From the sequence record NC_010324.1: a stretch of 64,000 nt of DNA. The stretch is one strand, 5' to 3'. The stretch is from Escherichia phage phiEco32. A model generated the notes under the pieces. It was not told the origin of the DNA, did not search any database, and saw only the letters and a program-made list of their open reading frames with translations. The first letter of the stretch is position 1, and each line of letters opens with the position of its first letter. Of the stretch, positions 21,980 through 31,220 are shown one piece after another. Both the position numbers and the translations under genes were made by a program.

Positions 21980-22238
21980 AATGCATCTCTTTATAAACGG
22001 TTTCCGTGTTCTTCTTCCAGTTAGATAAACCGGTAAGAACCCTCTGAGCAACTTCATCAGCTGCTCTATTTCTTTCAATCTCTAACTCTTGTTGATGTTT
22101 CTCTTTATCCAGATTACTGCTGTCTGTTTGATATTCGTTAAACTTCATACCACCAAAGAATACAAGAGCTGAGAAAACGATAAACCCTAAGTTATCACTT
22201 AACGTGTTTTGCATGTTGTCTCCAACGAAAAAAGCCAC
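21864..22238 (-). CDS. i-spanin candidate (N-terminal TMD plus coiled coil)
   Basis: 124 aa; single N-terminal TMD (LGFIVFSALVFFGGM) then charged helical periplasmic part (EKHQQELEIERNRAADEVAQRV...); lipoprotein ORF overlaps out of frame, as in Rz/Rz1 pairs. Confidence 0.4.
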   Translation of the reverse strand: MAFFVGDNMQNTLSDNLGFIVFSALVFFGGMKFNEYQTDSSNLDKEKHQQELEIERNRAADEVAQRVLTGLSNWKKNTETVYKEMHYEKTKPVFYNVCASDEYVSLFNERQQQAINALTNKPKS

Positions 22239-22250
22239 CCGGAGGTGGCT
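22224..22250 (-). terminator. rho-independent terminator (minus strand)
   Basis: On minus strand agccacc-uccg-ggtggcu followed by uuuuuucg; lies between the SSB stop and the spanin start. Confidence 0.55.
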
Positions 22251-22271
22251 AAGCTATAACAAGGAGAGTTA

Positions 22272-23018
22272 TTAGAATGGGCTATCGTTGTCGTCTTCGT
22301 AAGTAGAAGCAGGCTCTTTATCAATCGTAGGGATTGAAGGAGTAGCTTCTTTCTGCTCTGTTTCAGAAGCACGAGTAATTTCACGACCAGCCAGAGGCAT
22401 GTTCTTAGCGTCATTAGCTTGAGTAAGCAGGTTGCGCTGGAACGGGAACATCAGTTGATATGATGCTACGTTCTCATCGGTTTCAGCATACGGTTCGAAG
22501 AATACCAGAGGACTACGAGCTTCACCAACTGCTGCACGATATTTGGTTGGGATTGGAGAAATGGTCTTGATGGAGTTTTTAACTTCACCAGCTTTGTTAG
22601 TGTAAGAGTTAACCAGAATGTTAACAGGCTGGCCTAACAGAACATCCTTGAACCAAGACAGATCGCCTTTCAGTGCTTGAATACTTGGGTCAATCATCTT
22701 GCAAAGATCAAGAATACCAGAGTTCTTAGCTCGTGGGTTTACATCATAGCTCTTGAACTGGCAAGCCGGACGTGGTTCTAATGCCTTACCATCGGAATCT
22801 TTACCAGTAGCATCAACACCAATCAGCTCGAAAGCCAAATCCATACGGAAAGCCGGATTCTTAGGAGTCACTGCTTTGGTCTTCGGGTCAATCCAAGGGT
22901 CACGATTGTGAACACCCAAACCTACTACACGAACGATACGTGCTTCGTACTCACCATCAGGGATTACATCGTAGTTGGATTTACGGGAAGCAGTTGCGAT
23001 AGTTGGAATCATAGACAT
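22272..23018 (-). CDS. single-stranded DNA-binding protein candidate (T7 gp2.5-like)
   Basis: 248 aa; acidic C-terminal tail ending ...YEDDNDSPF (acidic tail with terminal Phe is the hallmark of gp2.5-type SSBs); preceded by a 400-bp promoter-like intergenic region. Confidence 0.45.
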   Translation of the reverse strand: MSMIPTIATASRKSNYDVIPDGEYEARIVRVVGLGVHNRDPWIDPKTKAVTPKNPAFRMDLAFELIGVDATGKDSDGKALEPRPACQFKSYDVNPRAKNSGILDLCKMIDPSIQALKGDLSWFKDVLLGQPVNILVNSYTNKAGEVKNSIKTISPIPTKYRAAVGEARSPLVFFEPYAETDENVASYQLMFPFQRNLLTQANDAKNMPLAGREITRASETEQKEATPSIPTIDKEPASTYEDDNDSPF

Positions 23019-23077
23019 ATTTTAATTTCCTTATTTAATTTGAAAGATTGTTGCTCTCTTTGAGCGGTTATGTATAG

Positions 23078-23086
23078 TATACATTA
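23078..23086 (-). promoter_or_regulatory. candidate phage promoter element TAATGTATA (minus strand)
   Basis: Exact 9-mer on the minus strand ~60 nt upstream of the SSB start codon. Confidence 0.3.
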
Positions 23087-23149
23087 CGCTTATACCGATA
23101 AGAGTACTATATAATATAAGTATCTTTGGTAGTAGATATATCACACTAG

Positions 23150-23158
23150 TAATGTATA
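23150..23158 (+). promoter_or_regulatory. TAATGTATA element in plus orientation inside the 23.0-23.4 kb intergenic region
   Basis: Exact 9-mer (TAATGTATATAT) pointing away from the SSB gene; no plus-strand ORF downstream; could drive an antisense or small RNA. Confidence 0.25.
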
Positions 23159-23594
23159 TATTGTATAGCTGATAAAGTTATTGCAGGCTTGTATATTGGG
23201 CAATTCATAGAATCCCTTGCAAGTACCGAAGGGCAGGAGCCACCTGCGAGATAAAAATAGAGAATTAAGGAATCCTTGATTTAGGTTGTAGGGACTCCTA
23301 GGGACTTTGATTCTCTATTTAAAAGAATAATAATTACTTATTACCTAAATAATTAACTAACTTACTTAAACCAAATTCAATTAGAATAGATAAAAAGATT
23401 ATTCCTAAGAAAGCTAAGAAGTAAATAATATAAGTTACCATTCAAGTAAACCTTTAAAGTTAGTTTGTTCTACTATCCTCTGATAACGAAGATTAGAATC
23501 AGCTTGTTTCTTTAACATCTCATTATATTGATCTCTGATAGAGTCTTTATAAACTACAGGTTCTTTAAATACTGAGATCTTCTTTTTCTCAGAG

Positions 23595-23810
23595 TTAGAT
23601 AGTACATCCATCACAGGTAAGATCTCCGAGAAGGGACAGTGATAACAAACGAGACTGCTCATCGCTATACAGTTGATCAATCTCTTCTTTAAGTTTTGCC
23701 AACTCAATGAAATTGATAAGTTGACCATGTTCAAGACAGTCTGTTTTTAGTATAAATAAAACTTCAGCGTCTGTTGAATCTTCACTTGAATATTTATCAA
23801 TGTATTCCAT
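23595..23810 (-). CDS. hypothetical small acidic protein
   Basis: 71 aa; AGGAG RBS 5 nt upstream of ATG. Confidence 0.4.
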   Translation of the reverse strand: MEYIDKYSSEDSTDAEVLFILKTDCLEHGQLINFIELAKLKEEIDQLYSDEQSRLLSLSLLGDLTCDGCTI

Positions 23811-24302
23811 TTTTACTCCTATTAATTATGACCAAGATTTAACTTTTACTTCGACGTATGTTTTAACTTCACCTTTCAAGACTTCCTGAGAAGCATTTGC
23901 ACTTTCCTCAGAGTGATGTACAACGGTGATCTCTTTCTTTCCAATCTTATAAGTGTGAATCCAAATCATACTTCTTCCTCATATTCCCAATTTCTTTCAT
24001 AATACCCAGAGTTGTAGTTTAGGGCGCACTTCTCGGCCTCTTCTATGTCGTCAGTGTTTAGGATATTTACCCATCCTCCAACTTCATCAAAACCTTCTTC
24101 TACTTCGTTAAACCATACACTATACTTTTTCATCGAGAAGTTCTTCCCCAATCTTTTACATAGCATCGACCGTTAACCCACTTTGTCTCTGACTTAAATT
24201 CCTGAGACAATCTCACTTCACAGTCTTCTCTACTGGCATCTCCTCCGATATCAATCAGATACAGGAATAGAGCTATACCTAAAGCCCAAAGAATTATCTT
24301 CT

Positions 24303-24695
24303 TCATCGAATCACCAAAGGCTCTTCAGAGTACACAGGAGCGGCTATTTCTACAGGAGGTGCTGCCCTAAGGTCATTAAGTCTTACGCCCTTCAGCATAC
24401 CGTCTAGGTGGTCCTTTTTGGGGATTCCAACAGGGAAGTCGTCAATCCAAATATCGACGAAGAAACCTAGCTGTCGACAGACCTCATCCTTCTGCACACC
24501 ATTACAAAAGATAATAGGAATCTGCAAACACTCTGCATCAATCTTAATGTCGTGATTATCGTACCCATTAGGCTCTGCAAAGCGATAAGTTACAAAGCGT
24601 ACATCGTAGCCCTTTTCTTGCATTAATGCCACCACAGAGCGCCACAGCTTTTTATCTGAGGTGTAAGTGTCATCGTAATCTAAGCCAATATTCAT
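24303..24695 (-). CDS. HAD-superfamily phosphatase-like protein (possible 5'(3')-deoxyribonucleotidase)
   Basis: 130 aa; N-terminal MNIGLDYDDTYT contains the DxDxT motif I of HAD phosphatases. Confidence 0.4.
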   Translation of the reverse strand: MNIGLDYDDTYTSDKKLWRSVVALMQEKGYDVRFVTYRFAEPNGYDNHDIKIDAECLQIPIIFCNGVQKDEVCRQLGFFVDIWIDDFPVGIPKKDHLDGMLKGVRLNDLRAAPPVEIAAPVYSEEPLVIR

Positions 24696-24829
24696 TCCCC
24701 TAGCTCCTCATGTTCGTGACCACAAATAGGGCATTTATATAAATGGACAGGTGTTTCGAAGATCTCTGACCATTGCGTATCTATCCTTTTGGATACCGAG
24801 CCACATTTATCACATTCAGATTCTAACAT
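24694..24829 (-). CDS. small zinc-ribbon protein (45 aa, below ORF-track threshold)
   Basis: Hand-called: MLESECDKCGSVSKRIDTQWSEIFETPVHLYKCPICGHEHEELGE; CxxC...CxxC; AAGGA RBS; stop overlaps the downstream start (ATGA). Confidence 0.35.
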
Positions 24830-24842
24830 TTCTAAATCCTTT

Positions 24843-24870
24843 AGACAAGAAAAGCCGCCCGAAGGCAGCT
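24843..24870 (-). terminator. rho-independent terminator (minus strand)
   Basis: On minus strand agcugcc-uucg-ggcggcu (G-U pair only on this strand) followed by uuuucuug. Confidence 0.5.
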
Positions 24871-25062
24871 TCTTATTTAACCGTTCACTTTAGCTTCAAG
24901 TGTTTCATTTTCAATACTCAAGTCAATCACTACACCAGTAAGCTCAACGACTGCTTGGCGAAGGGCATCTTTACCCATAGAGTGTACTTGAGATAAGAAG
25001 AAAGCTTTACCTTCTTCAGTGGATAGGGTTTCTTTTAATTCAGAAGCAGTCATTGATATTCC

Positions 25063-25257
25063 TTATGTTATGTTATAAATTCGCATGATTGTACCACCAT
25101 TGGCTTCAATAGCAGCAACCATTTGGTTTCGTTCTTCATCCGTGTAAACTAACACACTTCTAAACTCACCTGTTGCATCAGTATAAAGGATGTTATATTT
25201 TGGAGGCGGTTTACGGTAAATACCTTCCATCACTCTTTCTCCTCTCGTTCTTTCCAC
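25063..25257 (-). CDS. hypothetical protein
   Basis: 64-aa ORF in a tightly packed minus-strand gene run. Confidence 0.3.
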   Translation of the reverse strand: MERTRGERVMEGIYRKPPPKYNILYTDATGEFRSVLVYTDEERNQMVAAIEANGGTIMRIYNIT

Positions 25258-25413
25258 AGTTCGGCTAGCTCTAGATAGAACTCAGCCTCATCAGGACGAC
25301 CTTGTTCATTACAGATGGCGCTCTGACGATAACACCAATCCGATGGCATCTCTTCCACTTCAATCTCCTTGTTACGAACCAATCAATAAGAATAGTTCAT
25401 TCGTCTTATTTAT

Positions 25414-25608
25414 TCACTCTACCAATGCAGGTACTTCTATCCTTTTAACTGTGAATGTCTTGTTTGGAAACTTTCGAACTAGCTCTGCTGCTTTGGTTAT
25501 TGCTAAGTTCTCTGTCTCAAAGATACACAGTTGACCATTTAATGCTACGAGAGTGGAGCCACCGCTGAAGACGGCCCAAGATTCATAATAACCACGAACA
25601 CTCATCAC
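25414..25608 (-). CDS. hypothetical protein
   Basis: 64-aa ORF; start overlaps the stop of the upstream gene. Confidence 0.35.
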   Translation of the reverse strand: MMSVRGYYESWAVFSGGSTLVALNGQLCIFETENLAITKAAELVRKFPNKTFTVKRIEVPALVE

Positions 25609-25973
25609 TCAACCTCAATACTGTATAGAGTTTTCAGTGTATCTTTAATCCAAGCCCGTCGTTTTGGATTCTTATGATGTGCCCCGTTTTCCCTATCTCT
25701 AAAATATTGATCACATCCGAATGGGTATGTTGGGTCCAAAAACTTTTCTTGATTAAACATATTCTTCATGTCGTCAATATCTAAATGCTTTGTGAAATAG
25801 TAATACCTCTTATAACAGCGAAAGTTGAAGCATAATCCGTGATCTTCACTAAACCATTTTGGATAAATTCCAGTCTTAGTTATTTCATAATATTGGAGGA
25901 GGAAATCCTCCATCCCCCTCTCTTTAGCTAAACATCTCAATGTTCTGTAGATGATATTGGTTTCTTTCATCAC
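25605..25973 (-). CDS. hypothetical protein
   Basis: 122 aa; immediately downstream of the DNA polymerase gene. Confidence 0.4.
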   Translation of the reverse strand: MMKETNIIYRTLRCLAKERGMEDFLLQYYEITKTGIYPKWFSEDHGLCFNFRCYKRYYYFTKHLDIDDMKNMFNQEKFLDPTYPFGCDQYFRDRENGAHHKNPKRRAWIKDTLKTLYSIEVE

Positions 25974-25978
25974 TCACC

Positions 25979-27823
25979 TTAGTGTGTATGCATCCAGTTA
26001 AGTCCAATCTGACAATCAGATGCCAGAGGACATTCCATGTTCAGATACTCGCCAGCTTTCTTAACACAAAGCTCAGTGTGCTCTTTGAGTTTCTGTACAT
26101 CATTACGGTTTACTGAGAATTGACCTTCATCGTGCATATCAATTACCTTAGCACAACGAACCTTATCTTTCTCAATCCACTTGTTAAGGAACATCATAGC
26201 ATATTTCATAACAACAGCACCAGCACATTGCAGGAGTGTGTTAAGGGCTTTATGAACCATAACCTTACCAGTGGCATCCCGTCTCATTGTAATCTTACGA
26301 CCATCAACTCCAATCAAGTATCCTTGAGCAGCTTTCTCTGTCATACGATCGATGAGGATTGCAATACATGGGTTCTCTGCTAAGAAACGTGCTCGCATCA
26401 CTGAACCTTCGTCAGCCCCACCACCTACAATTGAACCAAGCTTAGCATCGCCAGCACCGTAGTTGAATGCATAGATAAATGTCTTAGCGTTGTCACGAGT
26501 AGGAAGACCAGCAAGTTTCTGGTTGTGGGAGTGGATATCACCTTCAAGGAGAATATCACGATACATAATAGCAGAAGCTAAACCACGTTCTGCCAGAGCT
26601 TTCTTAGCTGGGTTGTTCTCTTCAATTGCCTCAGCAAGCATATCCCTACACTCTTTAATGAGGTAGTGAGCGAGCATACGAAGTTCCAGTCCAGAACCAT
26701 CATACCCTAAGAATACTTCTTTACCAGCGGGTATGTAATATTTGTAAGCGCCTACAGGTTTGTCTTTCTTCCCCGGCTTACCTTTCTCGTAAATTACGTT
26801 AGTACCTTTTCGTATATAACAACCATCAGGAACAACGTTAGTAATAACGAAAGGACGAGAGTGATCACTGTCTGAGTTATAGTCAGACTCAAACAGACTG
26901 CGACACTCGTGACCAAACAAACCACGGGAGGGAATATTAACCACGATACGATGTTTGAATCGAAAAGTTGGCGTAGCGCAGCTGTTAGCTTCTGCCGAAA
27001 GTTTACCATCTTCGCGTTCCTTTGCTATGAGTCCACTGATAAGACCTAGCCTGTGAGCCGCTACAACGCGTCTCTTAAGCAAACTTCCAACACTCCCTAG
27101 TTCACCCCCTAGCCCTTCTTCAAGAGTCTCCTCGAGGTTTGTAGGAGCTGTAGGCCACTTGTTTGATGTGGCTAATGCTTTCTTAATCTCATCAAACGTT
27201 ACAGGATTACGGCGATTAGGGTTCAATCCCAAACCAAACACGTAAGCTTTCATGTAGTTCTTAGTTTTAAACCTGAAGTGCTTTTCTAAGAACTTCTTAA
27301 TATCAGCGTCAACCATCTCGGCTGTCTGCTTTTGCTTAGCATTGCCTCGCATCCAAGCAGTATACCATGCTTGGTATGTTCCATACTTTCTCATATCTTT
27401 CTTAATTTCGAAAGTATTCCAAGGCTTCTTAGATACGTTAAACTCTGGAGGAAGAAAGCCCTCATCCATAAGAGCTTCTTTAACTCGTGCATCCTTCGAT
27501 GGGTCAAAGTCTACATATTCGACACAGGTGAAAGCTCCACCAATGTCTTCTCTCTTCAGTCCAACCCTATCACAATAAGCTTGAGGCCACTTCTGCAAAG
27601 CCCCTGACTTCTTAAATGGCTTCATGTAAGTAGAGCCATCTAATCTCATCTTAGGTAAGAGAGGAATCAACTCTCTGTCAATATTAACAATAATCTCTTT
27701 AAGGAGGTGAACATACCACCGAGCATTTCTTCGGTTGAAACTCACTCCGTGCTTTGCTTGCTTAGAGATTATATCAGCGACAGTCATCTCTGTCAAAAAT
27801 GGAAGAGCGTCCGGGTTGCTCAC
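25979..27823 (-). CDS. family-A DNA polymerase, polymerase domain only
   Basis: 614 aa; motif A LGYDGSGLELRMLAHY, motif B KTFIYAFNYGAGDAKLG, motif C VIDMHDEGQF; no exonuclease motifs in this ORF. Confidence 0.85.
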   Translation of the reverse strand: MSNPDALPFLTEMTVADIISKQAKHGVSFNRRNARWYVHLLKEIIVNIDRELIPLLPKMRLDGSTYMKPFKKSGALQKWPQAYCDRVGLKREDIGGAFTCVEYVDFDPSKDARVKEALMDEGFLPPEFNVSKKPWNTFEIKKDMRKYGTYQAWYTAWMRGNAKQKQTAEMVDADIKKFLEKHFRFKTKNYMKAYVFGLGLNPNRRNPVTFDEIKKALATSNKWPTAPTNLEETLEEGLGGELGSVGSLLKRRVVAAHRLGLISGLIAKEREDGKLSAEANSCATPTFRFKHRIVVNIPSRGLFGHECRSLFESDYNSDSDHSRPFVITNVVPDGCYIRKGTNVIYEKGKPGKKDKPVGAYKYYIPAGKEVFLGYDGSGLELRMLAHYLIKECRDMLAEAIEENNPAKKALAERGLASAIMYRDILLEGDIHSHNQKLAGLPTRDNAKTFIYAFNYGAGDAKLGSIVGGGADEGSVMRARFLAENPCIAILIDRMTEKAAQGYLIGVDGRKITMRRDATGKVMVHKALNTLLQCAGAVVMKYAMMFLNKWIEKDKVRCAKVIDMHDEGQFSVNRNDVQKLKEHTELCVKKAGEYLNMECPLASDCQIGLNWMHTH

Positions 27824-27839
27824 TTTATACTCCTTTAAA

Positions 27840-28253
27840 TTATTGGTAAAGTAAATCTGTAAATGCTTGGTTATCTTCTACTACATCCAAGGATGTGGAA
27901 TCAACAGCATATGTTCTCATTGCTGCATTTGTTTGTGCCCAAGTAGGTGGAGAATAAGAAGACCTAACCTCACGAGGCTGCTCTCTGACTAGATGGGCCA
28001 CAACTCTCTGATTAGCAACTTCTTCTCTTTCTCTAATAGCTCTCTGGATATAGGCCAGCTTCATGCCCCAAGCTTCTTCAAACTCTTGAGGATGCTTATC
28101 ACTGATAACCACATACTGACGTTCAGGAATACCAGAGCGAATCTCTGATAATAATTCATGGAACAAATCTAGTTCATGTTCAGTGAGATTCATTTCAATA
28201 TCATCCCACTTGAGAACTAAGAAACGGTTTTGGTGTCTAGCTGGTAATGGCAT
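27840..28253 (-). CDS. hypothetical protein
   Basis: 137 aa; GAGGTGGAG RBS lies in the 3' end of an upstream 52-aa ORF. Confidence 0.4.
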   Translation of the reverse strand: MPLPARHQNRFLVLKWDDIEMNLTEHELDLFHELLSEIRSGIPERQYVVISDKHPQEFEEAWGMKLAYIQRAIREREEVANQRVVAHLVREQPREVRSSYSPPTWAQTNAAMRTYAVDSTSLDVVEDNQAFTDLLYQ

Positions 28254-28416
28254 CCTACTCCACCTCTACTTCAATGTAAGTTCTCTCGCCAACATCGTCT
28301 TTTAAGACCCATGACTTGGCATCTTCTTCCGACTTAAAAGCTTTCACAACGCTGTATCCGCCTTCCCATTCATCACCGAACCAGCGCTGTCCTACGTAAA
28401 TGTATTCTTTCATCAC

Positions 28417-28701
28417 TCAACCTTTCGGGAATGGCATTAAAAACTCTACAGCAGATTTGATTTCGTTATTGATTCGTGAATCACGGTAAGAGATAAACTT
28501 ACCTTTGCTGTCACGTAACATCACATGGGTTCTGGCTGTTTTGTGAGGAAGCAAAGTGATACTGGTTGGTATAGTATCAATTCCTACAGAGCATGAATTA
28601 ATAGTCTTACTCTCTACTAGCAGATAAGACCAAGTACGCGGTTTCTGCTCCGGACGGTTGGGGTATGTGTCTCGAATCTGTACCATAGCTAACTTATTCA
28701 T
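28417..28701 (-). CDS. hypothetical protein, tandem paralog A
   Basis: 94 aa; C-terminus ...RDSKGKFISYRDSRINNEIKSAVEFLMPFPKG parallels the neighbouring gene. Confidence 0.45.
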   Translation of the reverse strand: MNKLAMVQIRDTYPNRPEQKPRTWSYLLVESKTINSCSVGIDTIPTSITLLPHKTARTHVMLRDSKGKFISYRDSRINNEIKSAVEFLMPFPKG

Positions 28702-28702
28702 A

Positions 28703-28960
28703 TTAAACTCCTTTAGGGAATGGGATGAGGTTTTCTACTGCAACACGATATTCTTTCTCTACATCTTTATTCTTATAAGAAATGAATTTCCCATCAGCTC
28801 CACGGAGGATTATATTAGTACGAGCTGTTTTTGCATTATGACCAATCTGGTTTGCAATTAGGCTGATGTTGTGTTTGACATCATGGTTATTAGTGAATTT
28901 CCACTTAGCCAGACGGTTAGTCCAAACATCGATGATAGTTACGGTTTTTACAATAGACAT
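28703..28960 (-). CDS. hypothetical protein, tandem paralog B
   Basis: 85 aa; C-terminus ...RGADGKFISYKNKDVEKEYRVAVENLIPFPKG. Confidence 0.45.
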   Translation of the reverse strand: MSIVKTVTIIDVWTNRLAKWKFTNNHDVKHNISLIANQIGHNAKTARTNIILRGADGKFISYKNKDVEKEYRVAVENLIPFPKGV

Positions 28961-28992
28961 AGTTATTACCTAAGAAGTTTAATTTGGTTTAT

Positions 28993-29023
28993 ATAAAAGA
29001 AAAGGCCACCCTATTGGGTAGCC
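28993..29023 (-). terminator. rho-independent terminator (minus strand)
   Basis: On minus strand ggcuaccc-aaua-ggguggcc followed by uuuucuuuuauau. Confidence 0.5.
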
Positions 29024-29028
29024 TCATG

Positions 29029-29346
29029 TTACGATGAGCTTAAAGCTCCTTTGCGTGCTCCAGCTGCTTTTCCAGCTCGATCACCACTTTTGCCGCCGTT
29101 TGAACGGTTTGAGCTGACTGACTCAACACGTAAGTTGCTTGACGCATTAGAGCCTCCAGACTTGACAGCTCGTTTGTGTCCAACGTCTTTACCTCTGACA
29201 GCAGCTTTTCCATCGCGCTTTTCAACGATGCGACGTGCACGGTGGCGCTGAGCATCTCCGCTCTTGCTCCCAACGCCTGTTTCACCACGGGCAATTGCGG
29301 TACGTCTTTCTTGTGCATAATCCCTCTTTCCTACATGGTCTGCCAT
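29029..29346 (-). CDS. small basic Gly/Arg/Lys/Ser-rich protein
   Basis: 105 aa; strong AAGGAG RBS 5 nt upstream; TAATGTATA element 36 nt upstream of ATG; locally GC-rich. Confidence 0.45.
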   Translation of the reverse strand: MADHVGKRDYAQERRTAIARGETGVGSKSGDAQRHRARRIVEKRDGKAAVRGKDVGHKRAVKSGGSNASSNLRVESVSSNRSNGGKSGDRAGKAAGARKGALSSS

Positions 29347-29382
29347 TTAGAACTCCTTAATATATCAGTGTACACTAAGGAG

Positions 29383-29391
29383 TATACATTA
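29383..29391 (-). promoter_or_regulatory. candidate phage promoter element TAATGTATA (minus strand)
   Basis: Exact 9-mer on the minus strand 36 nt upstream of ATG 29346; same spacing as the plus-strand copy at 12460. Confidence 0.35.
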
Positions 29392-29581
29392 TGGATACTA
29401 TTAAAACTCTGCTAAGTATTTAATATCAGAGGCATATACCTCATCAAAGGAAATAGGCTCTCCGTTGTAGAGGAGTTCTATTTTCAGTATACCAGAGCAT
29501 TTGGTGTCTTTGGAATCAACCCTGATAGAGAGTTTGTCAACTATCTGAGCTTTAATCTCTTCTATCATTAACTCTTGAATA

Positions 29582-29767
29582 TTACTCACTCCACCCTCCC
29601 GGTGGTACAAAATCATCATGAACGTCAATGATAGTAGGTTCTCCATCATACATGCAGGTGTCTTCATTGAACTCTTCACACTCAAAACATGCTCGTTCGA
29701 TATTTTTGTAGAAGTCAATGGTTGCTGAACCATCACCACAATCTCGAATAACTAAAGCGACTTTCAT
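29582..29767 (-). CDS. hypothetical small Cys-containing protein
   Basis: 61 aa (CGDG...CFECEEFNEDTC); directly downstream of phoH. Confidence 0.35.
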   Translation of the reverse strand: MKVALVIRDCGDGSATIDFYKNIERACFECEEFNEDTCMYDGEPTIIDVHDDFVPPGGWSE

Positions 29768-30507
29768 TTATCTTGTTCCTTTTCCATAGCTTTAACAATA
29801 GCTTTACAGAAACCAGAACGAACAATGTCATCCGATTCGCCGTCTACAATCTCAGCGAACTCATACAGATCATGTTCATCAATAAAGTTAGTAGCCCAAG
29901 TAAGACCACTCTCACGACCACGCATATCATGCTGGTTTGTATCACCCATACAGAACAATTGAGAGGTTTCTCCCAATCGAGTCATGATGGAGAAGGCTTC
30001 ATCTTTAGTGGTGTTCTGGAACTCATCCACGATAACAATGGCATCATTGAAGGAACGACCACGGAGATATTCCAGAGGTACGAATTCGATGTTACCGTTT
30101 CCGATTTGGCATTCATAGAACCCTTTACCATATCGCTGAGTAATAACATCAATGATAGGCATCAGGTAAGGTTCAAACTTCTCGCGCATTCCTCCCGGAA
30201 GTAACCCAAGGGAATTGCCCATGCCAACCGAAGGGCGACTCAGAATGATCTTCTGAATCTTACCGCTTTTCAGTGCATCAATAACTGTGGAAGTGATTAC
30301 AAAGGTCTTACCACAGCCCGCAGGAGCGTCTGTGAACACAACTTGTTTAGTCTTAATAGCATTGAGTAGCTCAGACTGAAACTGGTTCTGAGGGACTACA
30401 GGCTTTGCTAAAACCACCTCTTCATACTCTCGCTTACCTTTACGAGTAACAAGTGCTTCCCGACGAAGGTCTTTCCGTGATTCTTTCCGTGATTGACGAC
30501 GACTCAT
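29764..30507 (-). CDS. phoH: PhoH-like ATPase
   Basis: 247 aa; Walker A FTDAPAGCGKTF and Walker B-like IVIVDEFQN. Confidence 0.8.
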   Translation of the reverse strand: MSRRQSRKESRKDLRREALVTRKGKREYEEVVLAKPVVPQNQFQSELLNAIKTKQVVFTDAPAGCGKTFVITSTVIDALKSGKIQKIILSRPSVGMGNSLGLLPGGMREKFEPYLMPIIDVITQRYGKGFYECQIGNGNIEFVPLEYLRGRSFNDAIVIVDEFQNTTKDEAFSIMTRLGETSQLFCMGDTNQHDMRGRESGLTWATNFIDEHDLYEFAEIVDGESDDIVRSGFCKAIVKAMEKEQDK

Positions 30508-30689
30508 TTACGCTCTCCAATTTCTTCGTAATGACACTCAGTAGTTAAGCAATCTTTACAGATTGCTGTATAAACCCTGACGTTAGTAAATCGTTTGTTC
30601 TTCCCTTTGGTTGGAGAGCCTTTAGCAAGCTCTCTGATAACCTTGTTACTTAAATGAAGGTTTGTTCCTTCACATCTAGAGCACTTCAT
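30504..30689 (-). CDS. small zinc-ribbon protein
   Basis: 61 aa; CSRC...CKDC. Confidence 0.4.
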   Translation of the reverse strand: MKCSRCEGTNLHLSNKVIRELAKGSPTKGKNKRFTNVRVYTAICKDCLTTECHYEEIGERK

Positions 30690-31005
30690 GGTTCATATCT
30701 TTATGAATCCTGTAAACAGCTGTCGCCATACAAGCAACAGCCTCATTATGTGGGAGGTGCATTCCTGTAGAACCATCCCAATCTTTGAACTCAGCGTCAA
30801 AGACTCCGGTAGGCTCTGGATACAGAGCTTGCAGCTCCACTAGATCATTAGCAACTTGTTGCCATTTATCATCAGACCAGATAGGGTCATCCAACCAGTA
30901 ATACAAATAGGAATGGATGATCAATTGCCTTCTATGCCGATTGATTACTTCAGCGGGACTTATCTCACTTCCATTTGAAGTCCTAAATGTATTACTGTCA
31001 ATCAT
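30676..31005 (-). CDS. stand-alone protein resembling NAD-dependent DNA ligase domain Ia
   Basis: 109 aa; HSYLYYWLDDPIWSDDKWQQVANDLVELQALYPEP parallels the LigA N-terminal pattern H-YLY---D-P-I-D--YD-L---L-ELE--HPE. Confidence 0.4.
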   Translation of the reverse strand: MIDSNTFRTSNGSEISPAEVINRHRRQLIIHSYLYYWLDDPIWSDDKWQQVANDLVELQALYPEPTGVFDAEFKDWDGSTGMHLPHNEAVACMATAVYRIHKDMNHEVL

Positions 31006-31220
31006 TTCACAACCTTAAATTTGAATGTTGTTGGGTGATAATAGTGCAACCTGTTAATGGTGTGCTTTGTTTCAAGGTATATCCTGCAAGAGTGACACAT
31101 GACATGAGTCAAACCGGTTACAGGATTAAACTTAAAGTTGGCGATAGGCTTCTCTTTCTTACAGAAGCTGCACACTTTATGTGTCATTAGTTCTCCAAAG
31201 TTTTCTTCAGAGCTGCCCAT
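31002..31220 (-). CDS. small zinc-ribbon protein
   Basis: 72 aa; CSFC...CHSC. Confidence 0.4.
   Translation of the reverse strand: MGSSEENFGELMTHKVCSFCKKEKPIANFKFNPVTGLTHVMCHSCRIYLETKHTINRLHYYHPTTFKFKVVK

Noticed and set aside
29040-29318. 92-aa ORF overlapping 29029..29346 in another frame on the same strand.
   Set aside because: Weaker ribosome-binding site (GAGGG only 3 nt from ATG) than the 105-aa frame (AAGGAG at 5 nt); long alternative frames are expected in this locally GC-rich stretch. Dual coding is not excluded.
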